Below, one piece after another: positions 1 through 8,139 of a stretch of DNA of 58,561 bases. The notes beneath the pieces are model-generated. The model was given only the letters and a program-made list of their open reading frames with translations, ran no database searches and was not told the DNA's origin. Position 1 is the stretch's first letter. Each line of letters begins with the position of its first letter. Both the position numbers and the translations under genes were made by a program. Origin of the DNA: Candidatus Bathyarchaeia archaeon (lineage in GTDB: Archaea; Thermoproteota; Bathyarchaeia; Bathyarchaeales; Bathycorpusculaceae); contig JAVZNE010000009.1 of assembly GCA_038882975.1 (NCBI GenBank), positions 1 to 58,561 on the forward strand, in the 5' to 3' direction.

Positions 1-330
1 CATCAAAGCCACATCATCCAAATCGCCCTTCAAAGCCAAATGACAAAGCGCATCATTATAGTTCCGCAAAGTCTTAGGAGCAAGCCTATGCCTATGCGCC
101 AACAAAACCGCCAAAATCCGCTCCCTAACCCTCGACGACAACCTATCCAAAAGCCTATAATAACGCCAAGGCGGCCTCCAACCTTCCCCCCGCGATCCTG
201 GGTTCAAATCCTGAACAGCATCCAAAACACAAACAGAAGCCTCACCAGTGTCCCAGGCGTCGGTAGTGGTGGGGTAGCTGGGATTTGAACCCAGGATCGC
301 CAGCGCCCCAGGCTGGTATCCTTGACCAAG
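1..330 (-). mobile_element. Partial tyrosine integrase-like ORF read in frame through the 3' half of tRNA-Pro (tRNA-overlapping, SSV1/pTN3-style); truncated by the window edge
   Basis: Hand translation of the - strand gives a stop-free frame 330->1: ...LGSNPSYPTTT (tRNA T-arm/acceptor)...RERILAVLLAHRHRLAPKTLRNYNDALCHLALKGDLDDVALM. 'LAPKTLRNY..AL' resembles the integrase core-binding (SAM-like) helix. The catalytic domain is not in the window. Confidence 0.6.
192..300. repeat. Perfect 20 bp inverted repeat (192-211 / 281-300) copying the tRNA-Pro variable loop/T-arm
   Basis: gcgatcctgggttcaaatcc (192-211) is the exact reverse complement of ggatttgaacccaggatcgc (281-300). Confidence 0.95.
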
Positions 331-345
331 CTAGACGACTACCCC
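267..345 (-). tRNA. tRNA-Pro(GGG), CCA encoded
   Basis: Reverse complement folds as a cloverleaf: acceptor GGGGTAG/CTACCCC, anticodon arm CCAGC-CTGGGGC-GCTGG, T-loop GGTTCAAATCC, 3' ACCA. Confidence 0.97.
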
Positions 346-367
346 ATTTTCGTGGACGGATACCCTG

Positions 368-505
368 CTATTTTCGTTTTCTAAAAAGTTTGATGTTGTT
401 TATTTCTGTTACGTACTCAAAGCCGGCTTCTATAAGTTGGGTTGCTTCTTCTATGGTTTTTGCTGCCTTGCAAATATATTCGTCGGTTTTGAGTTGACTG
501 GACAC
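368..505 (-). pseudogene. C-terminal remnant of an archaeal tyrosine integrase
   Basis: Frame reads KTDEYICKAAKTIEEATQLIEAGFEYVTEINNIKLFRKRK*, which I recognise as the typical tail of Bathyarchaeia-type integrases; upstream sequence is degenerate. Confidence 0.7.
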
Positions 506-549
506 ACCAGAAGGATTTTGGTATTTGCCTCGAGTAACAGCTTTTGGTT

Positions 550-1569
550 TTAAATTTTACGCTGTATAGAATTTTTCTTAGCTTTAATTAACATTTGATT
601 AAGTCTTTTATCTTCCTTATAATGGGCCTTGCAAGGGTGTCCATGGGCTATTAGGACTTTCTGGTCTGATGGGCATGCTATCATCGACCATAATGTTCCA
701 AGTTTTATTTCCTTTGCATGGAAGCACACGTTTCCTTTATGGTCCGCCAGAATTGTTTTGGCTGATTTGGTGGTGACTCTTCCGTCATTATGGCCTATGA
801 TTTCCATTATGCGATTGTATCTCCTCATTGATGTTGGAGGTCTTTCTCCGATATTTTCCATATCTCTCATGTCTGGATGCATAAAATGGTTGGTTGCCAC
901 CAAGAAGCTCTGTTCAGATTTTCTAACTCTTACCTTTTGAGGAGAGGCTTCGACGACGACCATGTCTCCGCTTATATCAACTAATAGGTAATTGTTACCT
1001 GTGGAAAATTTCGTATTTAGAAGGAATTTTGTTGCTTCTGTTACGGTTGAGCACTTATCCAGAATAGCTCGTACGGCTATGAACCAGTTTATTCCAGGTT
1101 TAAACTCCTTTATCCGAACGGTAGACATGGCCACAGCCAATCCACACTCGTTTAAACCATCTTCCCTGCCAATAAAAACTGTTGAATTTCCAACACTCCA
1201 ATACGCGTTTCGAGGCATCGCCAAGCATGTTTCAGCATACTTCTTATACTCATAGTAAAAATCATAATTCCTACCGAGAATGGGGCTGGGCGTAGAAGCG
1301 GCGAAAATACTGCAGGAACTATGCTTCTCCGCACCTATAGTAAAGATAAAAGCCGTTAATTCCTTATAAGAAACGCCGCAACCGTCAGCAAAGCCTTGAA
1401 ATTCTTCTAAAATCTCAGGAAAAACCCGTTTAACCTCTATCTCGCATTCCTTTGCAAACTTTTGCCTCTCCCCTGGAAGCTTTGGAGGTTTATAACAAAT
1501 TCGCCTCATGAACCTACCATGCTTAAAGCCCATCTCGTAATAAGTTCCGGAAAGCCTAGGATGATACAT
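550..1569 (-). CDS. C45 family (Ntn-hydrolase) autoproteolytic acyltransferase/peptidase
   Basis: SSCSIFA nucleophile Cys, GRNYD, DGLNECGL and ATNHF motifs. Confidence 0.85.
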   Translation of the reverse strand: MYHPRLSGTYYEMGFKHGRFMRRICYKPPKLPGERQKFAKECEIEVKRVFPEILEEFQGFADGCGVSYKELTAFIFTIGAEKHSSCSIFAASTPSPILGRNYDFYYEYKKYAETCLAMPRNAYWSVGNSTVFIGREDGLNECGLAVAMSTVRIKEFKPGINWFIAVRAILDKCSTVTEATKFLLNTKFSTGNNYLLVDISGDMVVVEASPQKVRVRKSEQSFLVATNHFMHPDMRDMENIGERPPTSMRRYNRIMEIIGHNDGRVTTKSAKTILADHKGNVCFHAKEIKLGTLWSMIACPSDQKVLIAHGHPCKAHYKEDKRLNQMLIKAKKNSIQRKI

Positions 1570-1880
1570 ACGCTCAAAAATAATCAGTGAAAAAGGTATT
1601 TAACTCTTAAGCATGTCCAACTTACACTAGCGTGATTTCCATTGAGGCACGGCGGAGATACGGGCATATTGGCAAAATCTTCCAAATTGCCACGCAAAAG
1701 AATATCATAAAATTTCCTTTTAATAATCGCTAATAGAAAAATTGAAAATTTGTTTATTTTGACAATCTCAAGATACGCGCCATTGTGCTTTACAAAACAA
1801 TTAGCATCTTTAGTTTTTGGAGCGACTTGAAGTACTCTTGTGTGCGGTTTTAACATTGACATTCGTTCCGCCAGCGCGCA

Positions 1881-2022
1881 GTCAAATTTAGTGCTAGGCT
1901 CTTAAATTGGATACCCTATCTAGGTTTTGTCCTTATTATGTAGCCAGGAAATAGGTGCTTTGGCCTTTGTGGAAAATGGGTCTTCAGCGGTTTTTTCCCT
2001 ACCCCCCTTATCTCTAGGTTTT
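1881..2022 (-). repeat. Two units of the dispersed CTAGAG-hairpin element downstream of tRNA-Lys
   Basis: - strand heads AAAACCTAGAGATAAGGGGGG and AAAACCTAGATAGGG; GTATCCAATTTAA and TAAATTTGAC are identical to 18269-18281 and 18297-18306. Confidence 0.75.
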
Positions 2023-2069
2023 AGATGAAAAGTTACGATTTCTAAAAACATGGATTCTTGATAGGATAG

Positions 2070-2174
2070 TGGCGGGCCCGCCGGGAATTGAACCCGGGAC
2101 CTACGGGTTAAGAGCCTCAACCCATCCCGTGCAGCGGTTTGGTCCGCCGCTCTACCTTACTGAGCTACGGGCCC
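2070..2174 (-). tRNA. tRNA-Lys(CTT) with a 28 nt non-canonical intron at position 30/31 (intron 2116-2143); CCA encoded
   Basis: Removing ACCAAACCGCTGCACGGGATGGGTTGAG restores the GCGGG-CTCTTAA-CCCGT anticodon arm. The junctions form a strict bulge-helix-bulge: central CGGC/GTTG, outer AGAG/CTCT, inner CCA/TGG. Confidence 0.95.
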
Positions 2175-3427
2175 TTTCTGCTGATTTCTAGATTATGCAT
2201 TTTAGATGCTGTTAATAAGCTTTCATATGGATTTGTTTTGTTTGCTTTTTCTTCTTTTAGCATTAGGCCGAGGATAACGTCAACTTCTGTTAGTGCCACG
2301 CATAAGATTAGTGCTGGATGGAAAGAGTTTGTGGCTGCTTTTAGGTGGCCTGCCAGCCATGGGGCGATCATTGCGCCTAGGTATCCGCCTGTTAGCATGA
2401 ATCCTCCAGCGGTTGCCGAATGCTGGGGACCTACAATTTCTACGGGCATTGCCAGAATTATTGGCGCCATACCGCCTATTAGAAAGCCGTAGATGATGAC
2501 TGAGGCCCATAGGGTGGTGTCTGTGGTTGTTCCAATGATGTAGAGTGTTATTCCCGCGATGAGGGATAATGCCCAAATGAAGGGTTTCTTTAAGCCGATT
2601 TTGTCTGAAATTATTGGGATTATGAAGCTTCCAGGAATCATAAACCATGGAATAAGCGATGTTATTACCCCGGCTGTTGTTGGTTCTAACCCCTTCAGCG
2701 TAAGCATGGATTGGAGGAAGCCCAGCAAGCCCACTTGTGGTGCTAGAAGGAAGAATGTGGTTAGCATTAGAATCCACATATGCCTTTTTCGAAGGACAAC
2801 GGATAGGGATTCCCTGAATGATGCGCCATCCCCACTTTTAACAGTTCCCTTGGGCTTATCTCTGGCAAAAAGAATCCATGCAAAGCTGAAAGTGAGGCTT
2901 AAAAGGCCCATGATTATGAAGACGGCACGCCAAGAACTTGTCCATGGAAGCAGCATCGAAGGAATTATTATGAAGGGTAATGCCATGCCTACTTCCATGC
3001 CGGTGAACATGGCGCCACTGGCGATGGCGTATTCGTTGGACGGGAACCATAAGCCCGTTATCTTCGGCAGGTTTGGATAGGCTATTGAATAACCGACGCC
3101 GCAGAGGAATGTCGTTAAAGCCAAGGTTGCGAAATTTGTGGCGCAACCCCTTAAAAGGCCGAAGAGGCCAAGGAGCAATCCGCCTAGAAACACCGTTTTT
3201 CTGATGCCGAAGCGGTCGGCAAGGAGTCCCCCGGGAATGCATAAGAGCACTAGAGATAGGGGGACAAAGCTTATGATTAGGCCTACTTGACCAAAATCCA
3301 TTGACAATTCATCCATTAAAATTAGCTCTAGTGGGGCGAAGCAAAACCAGCTTAAGCCCAGGGAGAACATCATCAGCCATGTAAGGGTTGCCATAGCCCA
3401 GCGGTAACGTGGAAAATTCCAGCTCAT
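2165..3427 (-). CDS. MFS transporter
   Basis: About 12 hydrophobic segments; motif A GLLADRFGIR and its repeat ISDKIGLKK. Confidence 0.9.
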   Translation of the reverse strand: MSWNFPRYRWAMATLTWLMMFSLGLSWFCFAPLELILMDELSMDFGQVGLIISFVPLSLVLLCIPGGLLADRFGIRKTVFLGGLLLGLFGLLRGCATNFATLALTTFLCGVGYSIAYPNLPKITGLWFPSNEYAIASGAMFTGMEVGMALPFIIIPSMLLPWTSSWRAVFIIMGLLSLTFSFAWILFARDKPKGTVKSGDGASFRESLSVVLRKRHMWILMLTTFFLLAPQVGLLGFLQSMLTLKGLEPTTAGVITSLIPWFMIPGSFIIPIISDKIGLKKPFIWALSLIAGITLYIIGTTTDTTLWASVIIYGFLIGGMAPIILAMPVEIVGPQHSATAGGFMLTGGYLGAMIAPWLAGHLKAATNSFHPALILCVALTEVDVILGLMLKEEKANKTNPYESLLTASKMHNLEISRKGP

Positions 3428-3540
3428 TTTCGCACCATTTTAGGTAGCGTTTTGTCATGGAAAGATTATATAACTTTTCCGTCGAAATTTTCAACGCAAC
3501 AATTTTAAGTTGTTGAAAGTGTGGTAAATGGGGGAAAGCA

Positions 3541-4338
3541 TTGGGGGAACTTGTGTTTATAGGTTTGGGGCTAAATGACGAAAAGGGGATAAGCCTAAAA
3601 GGTTTGGAGGAAGCCAAAACCGCTGAAGAAATTTTCTTAGAACTCTACACCAGCATAATGCCGAACTTTTCCATCGAAAAATTTTCCGCAATCTTGAGGA
3701 AGAGAATTCATGTTGTTTCAAGAAGACAACTTGAAGATGAAAATGGGGAAGCGATTTTGGAGGCGGCCGCAAAAGGTAAGGCTGTTTTGCTGGTTCCGGG
3801 CGACCCGTTAATTGCCACCACCCATATAGCCTTAAAAATTACCGCTGAAAAGCGCGGAATAAAAACCCGTGTTGTCCATGGAGCATCAATAATTTCTGCT
3901 GCTGTGGGCTTGTCTGGCTTGCACAATTACAAGTTTGGCAAGAGCGTGACTATCCCGTTTCCAGAAAACTTTTCAGAAACCCCCTACATGGTGATCGCCC
4001 AAAACAAGGGGCTGGGGCTTCATACCCTTTGCCTATTAGACATAGATGCGGAGAAGAACCGTTATTTGAGTGTTAAGGAAGCCCTCGAAACCCTTTTGAA
4101 GATTGAGGAGAAGCGAAAAATGTGCGTCGTGACTGACGGAACGCTTGCTGTTGGAATAGCAAGGGCTGGAAGCCAAAACCCAACGGTTAAGGCAGGCTTT
4201 GTTGGCGAGCTTTTAAACTATGATTTTGGCGGTCCGCCCTACAGCCTCATATTCCCGGGAAAGCTTCATTTCATGGAAGCTGAAGCATTAATGGTGCTTG
4301 CTGGCGCTCCCTCAAGCATTTTGGAGCTGGTGGAATGA
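3541..4338 (+). CDS. dph5: Diphthine synthase
   Basis: LVFIGLGL, LELYTS, GDPLIATTH, GLHNYKFG, GLHTLCLLDI motifs. Confidence 0.95.
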   Translation: MGELVFIGLGLNDEKGISLKGLEEAKTAEEIFLELYTSIMPNFSIEKFSAILRKRIHVVSRRQLEDENGEAILEAAAKGKAVLLVPGDPLIATTHIALKITAEKRGIKTRVVHGASIISAAVGLSGLHNYKFGKSVTIPFPENFSETPYMVIAQNKGLGLHTLCLLDIDAEKNRYLSVKEALETLLKIEEKRKMCVVTDGTLAVGIARAGSQNPTVKAGFVGELLNYDFGGPPYSLIFPGKLHFMEAEALMVLAGAPSSILELVE

Positions 4339-4634
4339 GCTTGGACAAGCTTGTTGCGAAATATATTGCCTCAGCCGACCGGGTTTTTAACGAGATAACT
4401 CTTGTGGATGGTGTTGTCGGTTTTTCCGTAGATGAGGTTAGGCGGGTTTTGGAACTGGCAAAAGCCTATTTACAAGACGCAAAATACTATAGGGATGCCG
4501 GGAAGCTTGAAGTCAGCCTCGCTTCTGTGGCTTACTGTGAGGGGCTGCTGGACGCCCTAAAAATGTTGGGAATGGTGAGGTTCGAGTGGCCGAAGGGAAA
4601 AAAGGGAAAGAGCATGGAAGAAAGCGAAAGGTAG
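4335..4634 (+). CDS. DUF357 family protein
   Basis: LAKAYLQDAKYY...ASVAYCEGLLDA pattern; usual neighbour of dph5. Confidence 0.85.
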   Translation: MSLDKLVAKYIASADRVFNEITLVDGVVGFSVDEVRRVLELAKAYLQDAKYYRDAGKLEVSLASVAYCEGLLDALKMLGMVRFEWPKGKKGKSMEESER

Positions 4635-5074
4635 TTTTGGCTTCTGGAGTTTTTGACCTACTACATCTTGGGCATGTGCGTTTTCTCGAGGAAGCCAAGA
4701 AGGCTGGTGGGAAAAGCGCTGAGCTGATTGTTATTGTGGCTAGGGACAGCACTGTTGAAAAGCGTAAAGGCTCAAAGCCCGTCATACCGGAAAACCAGCG
4801 GCGCGCACTTGTGGAGTCTTTGAAGGTTGTGGATGAAGCCATTTTGGGTTATGAGGACTTTAACATAGGCAAGGTTATTGAAAAGATTAAGCCAGACGTC
4901 ATTGCCGTCGGTCACGACCAAGATGGTATGGAGAAAGCCGTCAAAGACTATGTGCGGGAAAAGGGGCTTAAAATTAAGGTTGTTAAGATTGGTAAGTTTG
5001 GCGAAGATGAACTGGACAGCTCTTCAAAGATCAAGCAGAAAATCATTGAATATTATAGAAGACGAAGTGAATAA
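4586..5074 (+). CDS. ribL: Archaeal FAD synthase (cytidylyltransferase family)
   Basis: GVFDLLHLGH (HxGH), VARD and SSSKI motifs; next to riboflavin kinase. Confidence 0.85.
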   Translation: MAEGKKGKEHGRKRKVVLASGVFDLLHLGHVRFLEEAKKAGGKSAELIVIVARDSTVEKRKGSKPVIPENQRRALVESLKVVDEAILGYEDFNIGKVIEKIKPDVIAVGHDQDGMEKAVKDYVREKGLKIKVVKIGKFGEDELDSSSKIKQKIIEYYRRRSE

Positions 5075-5085
5075 TGCATGCAGGA

Positions 5086-5775
5086 TTAGGGAAGAGTTAA
5101 AACTTCCACTTTAACTTTGTGCCCGTCTTTTAGGGTTAAGTGCTTTCTTAGGCATATGGGCGCTATCAGCTCAATAACTGATGAGTCATAGTGGCTTCTC
5201 ATGGCTGAAACAAGGGCGCCTTTCACCTTGTTCTCTATTATTGCCGGATAGCACTTCACCGGTCCGAAGGTGCGGTTCTCGTTTTTGAAGCCCTCAATTT
5301 CTATTGCCGGGTAAGCCTCAAGCTCCGAGCGGGTTTTAACGTCATAATCCGTTACAAGTTTCAAGTTGAGCGTTCCCGGATATGGGTCGAAGCCGAGCTT
5401 TTCAATAAACTGTCTCCGATATGGGTCTCTTGTGACGTAGTATGCGCCTTCCCCCAGTCCTGTGAAGACTACGCCTTCAAGGGTTATGGACGGTGGATAT
5501 GTAGCCTCTATTAGATAGCGGAGGCTTGAGTAGAGCCTCTTAAGCTCTGTTAAGCCAGCCTCTGTCATTTTTATTAGGCAGCCTTCCGGCGTCATTGTCC
5601 TTTTAATCCAGCCTTTATGTTCAAGTTCTATCAGGTGGCGGGATGCCGACTGCTGGGAAACGCCTAGCTTCCGGGCCAAGTATTCTGTTGAAATTTTTGC
5701 TGTTCTCCGGTGGGCTCCCAGCTCCGCCAATTTCAAAAGCGTAAAAATGTGACGCCAAGCCTTTACCTCGCTCAT
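5086..5775 (-). CDS. ribK: CTP-dependent riboflavin kinase with N-terminal HTH
   Basis: GLGEGAYY and PYPGTLN motifs; N-terminal wHTH (SQQSASRHL). Confidence 0.93.
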   Translation of the reverse strand: MSEVKAWRHIFTLLKLAELGAHRRTAKISTEYLARKLGVSQQSASRHLIELEHKGWIKRTMTPEGCLIKMTEAGLTELKRLYSSLRYLIEATYPPSITLEGVVFTGLGEGAYYVTRDPYRRQFIEKLGFDPYPGTLNLKLVTDYDVKTRSELEAYPAIEIEGFKNENRTFGPVKCYPAIIENKVKGALVSAMRSHYDSSVIELIAPICLRKHLTLKDGHKVKVEVLTLP

Positions 5776-5858
5776 TTCAACGCAAGCCTTCTTCCATTTT
5801 TCAATTTAGAAGCTGCGTAATTCATATTTAAGGAACACGAAAACTTAGCCAAAAAGCT

Positions 5859-6632
5859 TTAGGCTTGGTCACACGTCACGTTTGCCTTAACAAATATGCC
5901 TCGCAAATCATAGACATGCACTGAAACTTGCACAACATCGGAGTCCGAGACTGCGAAGGTTATGCCGTATGTTCCGTTACCATAATCTGTTATGACGAGG
6001 TTATTCGATGAGTTGGCTGGCAACCAGCTTCCGTCCAGCTTATAATAAACCGTTATGTTTTGGGCTAGTGCCGGTTTTTCCTCATTAAAGACTTGACATG
6101 TTAAGGTGACAATTTTTCCAGAACCATTTAGTGTATAGCTGCCTTTCATCCTCATAGTTGTTGTTATGTTTATGGCGTAGCTCAGCATTGTATTCTCCGC
6201 CAAGCCGTAAAATTTCAATGTAAAGTTTGCGTAGGCACTCGATATGCCCAACCCGTTTGTATCTTCCCATGAAAGCCAAAAGCCATCCACATAGCGCGAA
6301 TCATTCAAAACCGTGTAGGATAGGTGGCAGAGTCCATAGGCGTTTAGGTTTCTGTAAGCTTGGGATAGACTATTAAGGTTTGAAGCCAAAAGGGTTTTTT
6401 CTCCGCCATTTGAGGCGTTGGCTAGTGCGCTTATCACGGCGTTTCTTGAGCCTTGCTTTATGGCTAAAACGAAATCAGTCACCGAAAAGCCTTGCGGGGC
6501 GAATGGTTTTTCTCTACTGACCTCGTAAACATAGGCTGTTGTTGTGGATATTAATATGGCTATGGCTAGAGCCGCCACTATCAAGAGCTGACCGGAACTT
6601 TTGCCTTTCACAAGCCTTTCAAGCCCCTTCAT
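5859..6632 (-). CDS. Minor pilin-like protein (class III signal peptide)
   Basis: KGKSSG|QLLIVAALAIAILI leader; beta-rich body; in the pilus operon. Confidence 0.7.
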   Translation of the reverse strand: MKGLERLVKGKSSGQLLIVAALAIAILISTTTAYVYEVSREKPFAPQGFSVTDFVLAIKQGSRNAVISALANASNGGEKTLLASNLNSLSQAYRNLNAYGLCHLSYTVLNDSRYVDGFWLSWEDTNGLGISSAYANFTLKFYGLAENTMLSYAINITTTMRMKGSYTLNGSGKIVTLTCQVFNEEKPALAQNITVYYKLDGSWLPANSSNNLVITDYGNGTYGITFAVSDSDVVQVSVHVYDLRGIFVKANVTCDQA

Positions 6633-7051
6633 TTAACCACAGCCAATTGCAGGTAAACCACATAACATTTGAAGTTGGGGTTTTTGCTCACGCAAACATA
6701 TTTTATTGAGGCTACTTCTTGGCTTTTGATGTCCCCGTTTGTTATGGCTTCTGGGTTTATTTGCCGCACCCCCTCGTCGTAGACTGTTAGGTTGAAGGCT
6801 ATGCCCTCTGGAAGGAGGAGACTTAAAGCTTCACGAAGCCCAGACCAGTTTCCAGAGTCTATGTAGGCGCCTAAGCTTCCATCAGAATCAAGTTTCATTA
6901 GGGTTTGCATTCCAATCGATGTCAAGCCGCTGGGTTCCGAGGTTTTATGTTCTGTTGTTAGGCTCGCTGAAATAGCCAATGAGGAGAAGACTATTAAAAC
7001 GGCTAGGAAAGCCTCAATTATTCTAATTTGCCCCTTCTTCTGGTTTTTCAT
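6629..7051 (-). CDS. Minor pilin-like protein (class III signal peptide)
   Basis: MKNQKKG|QIRIIEAFLAVLIV; ATG at 7051 preferred over the ORF-track start. Confidence 0.75.
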   Translation of the reverse strand: MKNQKKGQIRIIEAFLAVLIVFSSLAISASLTTEHKTSEPSGLTSIGMQTLMKLDSDGSLGAYIDSGNWSGLREALSLLLPEGIAFNLTVYDEGVRQINPEAITNGDIKSQEVASIKYVCVSKNPNFKCYVVYLQLAVVK

Positions 7052-8118
7052 CGCCTTGGTCCCCCAAGCCAAATTGTGCACCTATATAACGCGGATTTTA
7101 CGGTGACCAGGTAGGTGTAGGCGTAAACATCAGCCAAGCTTATGGAGTCTGTTAGGCTTATGCCAACCGCCACTGGCATTTGCGGATAAACAGCCCACTC
7201 AATAAAGAATTGTGTGGAAATCCATCCGGTGGCAACAAGCACTATTGGGCTTGTGTCCAGAAACCTTGGAATGGTGAATATGGCACACTGATTTTGACTT
7301 ACCGCTTGCTCTAAAGTTTGAGAGTAGTTGAAGGTTAAGGCATAAACTTCAGATAAGGATATGTCTGTATTACCGGGCACAACAGTTAGCGTGTGATTTA
7401 ACGGGGAAATCCTCAAAAAACTGCCTTTCGACGCTGGGTTTTGGGAGTTGTGGGCGAAGGCATAGACAGTAAAAGAAACAATTTTTTCGTTGTATTGAGA
7501 TTTTGCCAAAACAACAAGCAGTGCCGGTCCATCGACACTTTTTGGAATAGTCACGTTTAAGTAGGTTTCACCATCAGAACTGTAAACGCCAAAACTTTGC
7601 AGAAAATTTTCTGCAACAGCATAAAGCCTCAACCTTGCTGGGACATTAACACCGCTTTTCACGGTTTCAACTTCAAACTCATAGGTTGTTTCGCCTTCGC
7701 CTTCATAAATCGCTGTGAGATTTACAACCGTTTCAAAAAGCGGTTTTATCTCAATTCTGAAGGCTGCGTCCGGAATTTTTAGGCTTGTGTATATTTGGGC
7801 ATAACTTAAAGTGTGAAGGTTCTCGCTGTTCAGCCTAGAAACCTTATCCAAGTCAAGCGTGTAGGGATTTGCCGCCTCAACATCCGCTAAGCCAAACTCC
7901 TCTGGAACCGTTTGGCTGTTCTTCCCCCAGTCGGCTGGCTTTCCAGTGTTCAGCAATATGTATTTGGCGATCTCCCCATACCTTACGGAGGCTACATCGC
8001 CAAATGAGTTGATTATTGGCTGGTAGAGAAGGCTGGCGGTGGCAGCCATGGCTGAAAGCACAAGCAGAACCATTAGGGAACACGCGAAAAAAGTGTCGAT
8101 GGATATTGCCGGCAACAC
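7048..8118 (-). CDS. Pilus-associated secreted protein / large pilin-like protein
   Basis: N-terminal hydrophobic helix, GKPADW motif, coupled to the pilus genes. Confidence 0.6.
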   Translation of the reverse strand: MLPAISIDTFFACSLMVLLVLSAMAATASLLYQPIINSFGDVASVRYGEIAKYILLNTGKPADWGKNSQTVPEEFGLADVEAANPYTLDLDKVSRLNSENLHTLSYAQIYTSLKIPDAAFRIEIKPLFETVVNLTAIYEGEGETTYEFEVETVKSGVNVPARLRLYAVAENFLQSFGVYSSDGETYLNVTIPKSVDGPALLVVLAKSQYNEKIVSFTVYAFAHNSQNPASKGSFLRISPLNHTLTVVPGNTDISLSEVYALTFNYSQTLEQAVSQNQCAIFTIPRFLDTSPIVLVATGWISTQFFIEWAVYPQMPVAVGISLTDSISLADVYAYTYLVTVKSALYRCTIWLGGPRR

Positions 8119-8139
8119 TTCTCACCTTTTAGAGCTTTA

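Noticed and set aside
40-497. + strand ORFs 40-288 and 285-497
   Set aside because: Shadows of the - strand integrase-like frame, tRNA-Pro and the integrase remnant
1584-2120. ORFs 1584-1862 and 1920-2120
   Set aside because: No recognisable motifs; the second overlaps the tRNA and the repeat units; no direct repeat of the tRNA-Lys 3' end was seen
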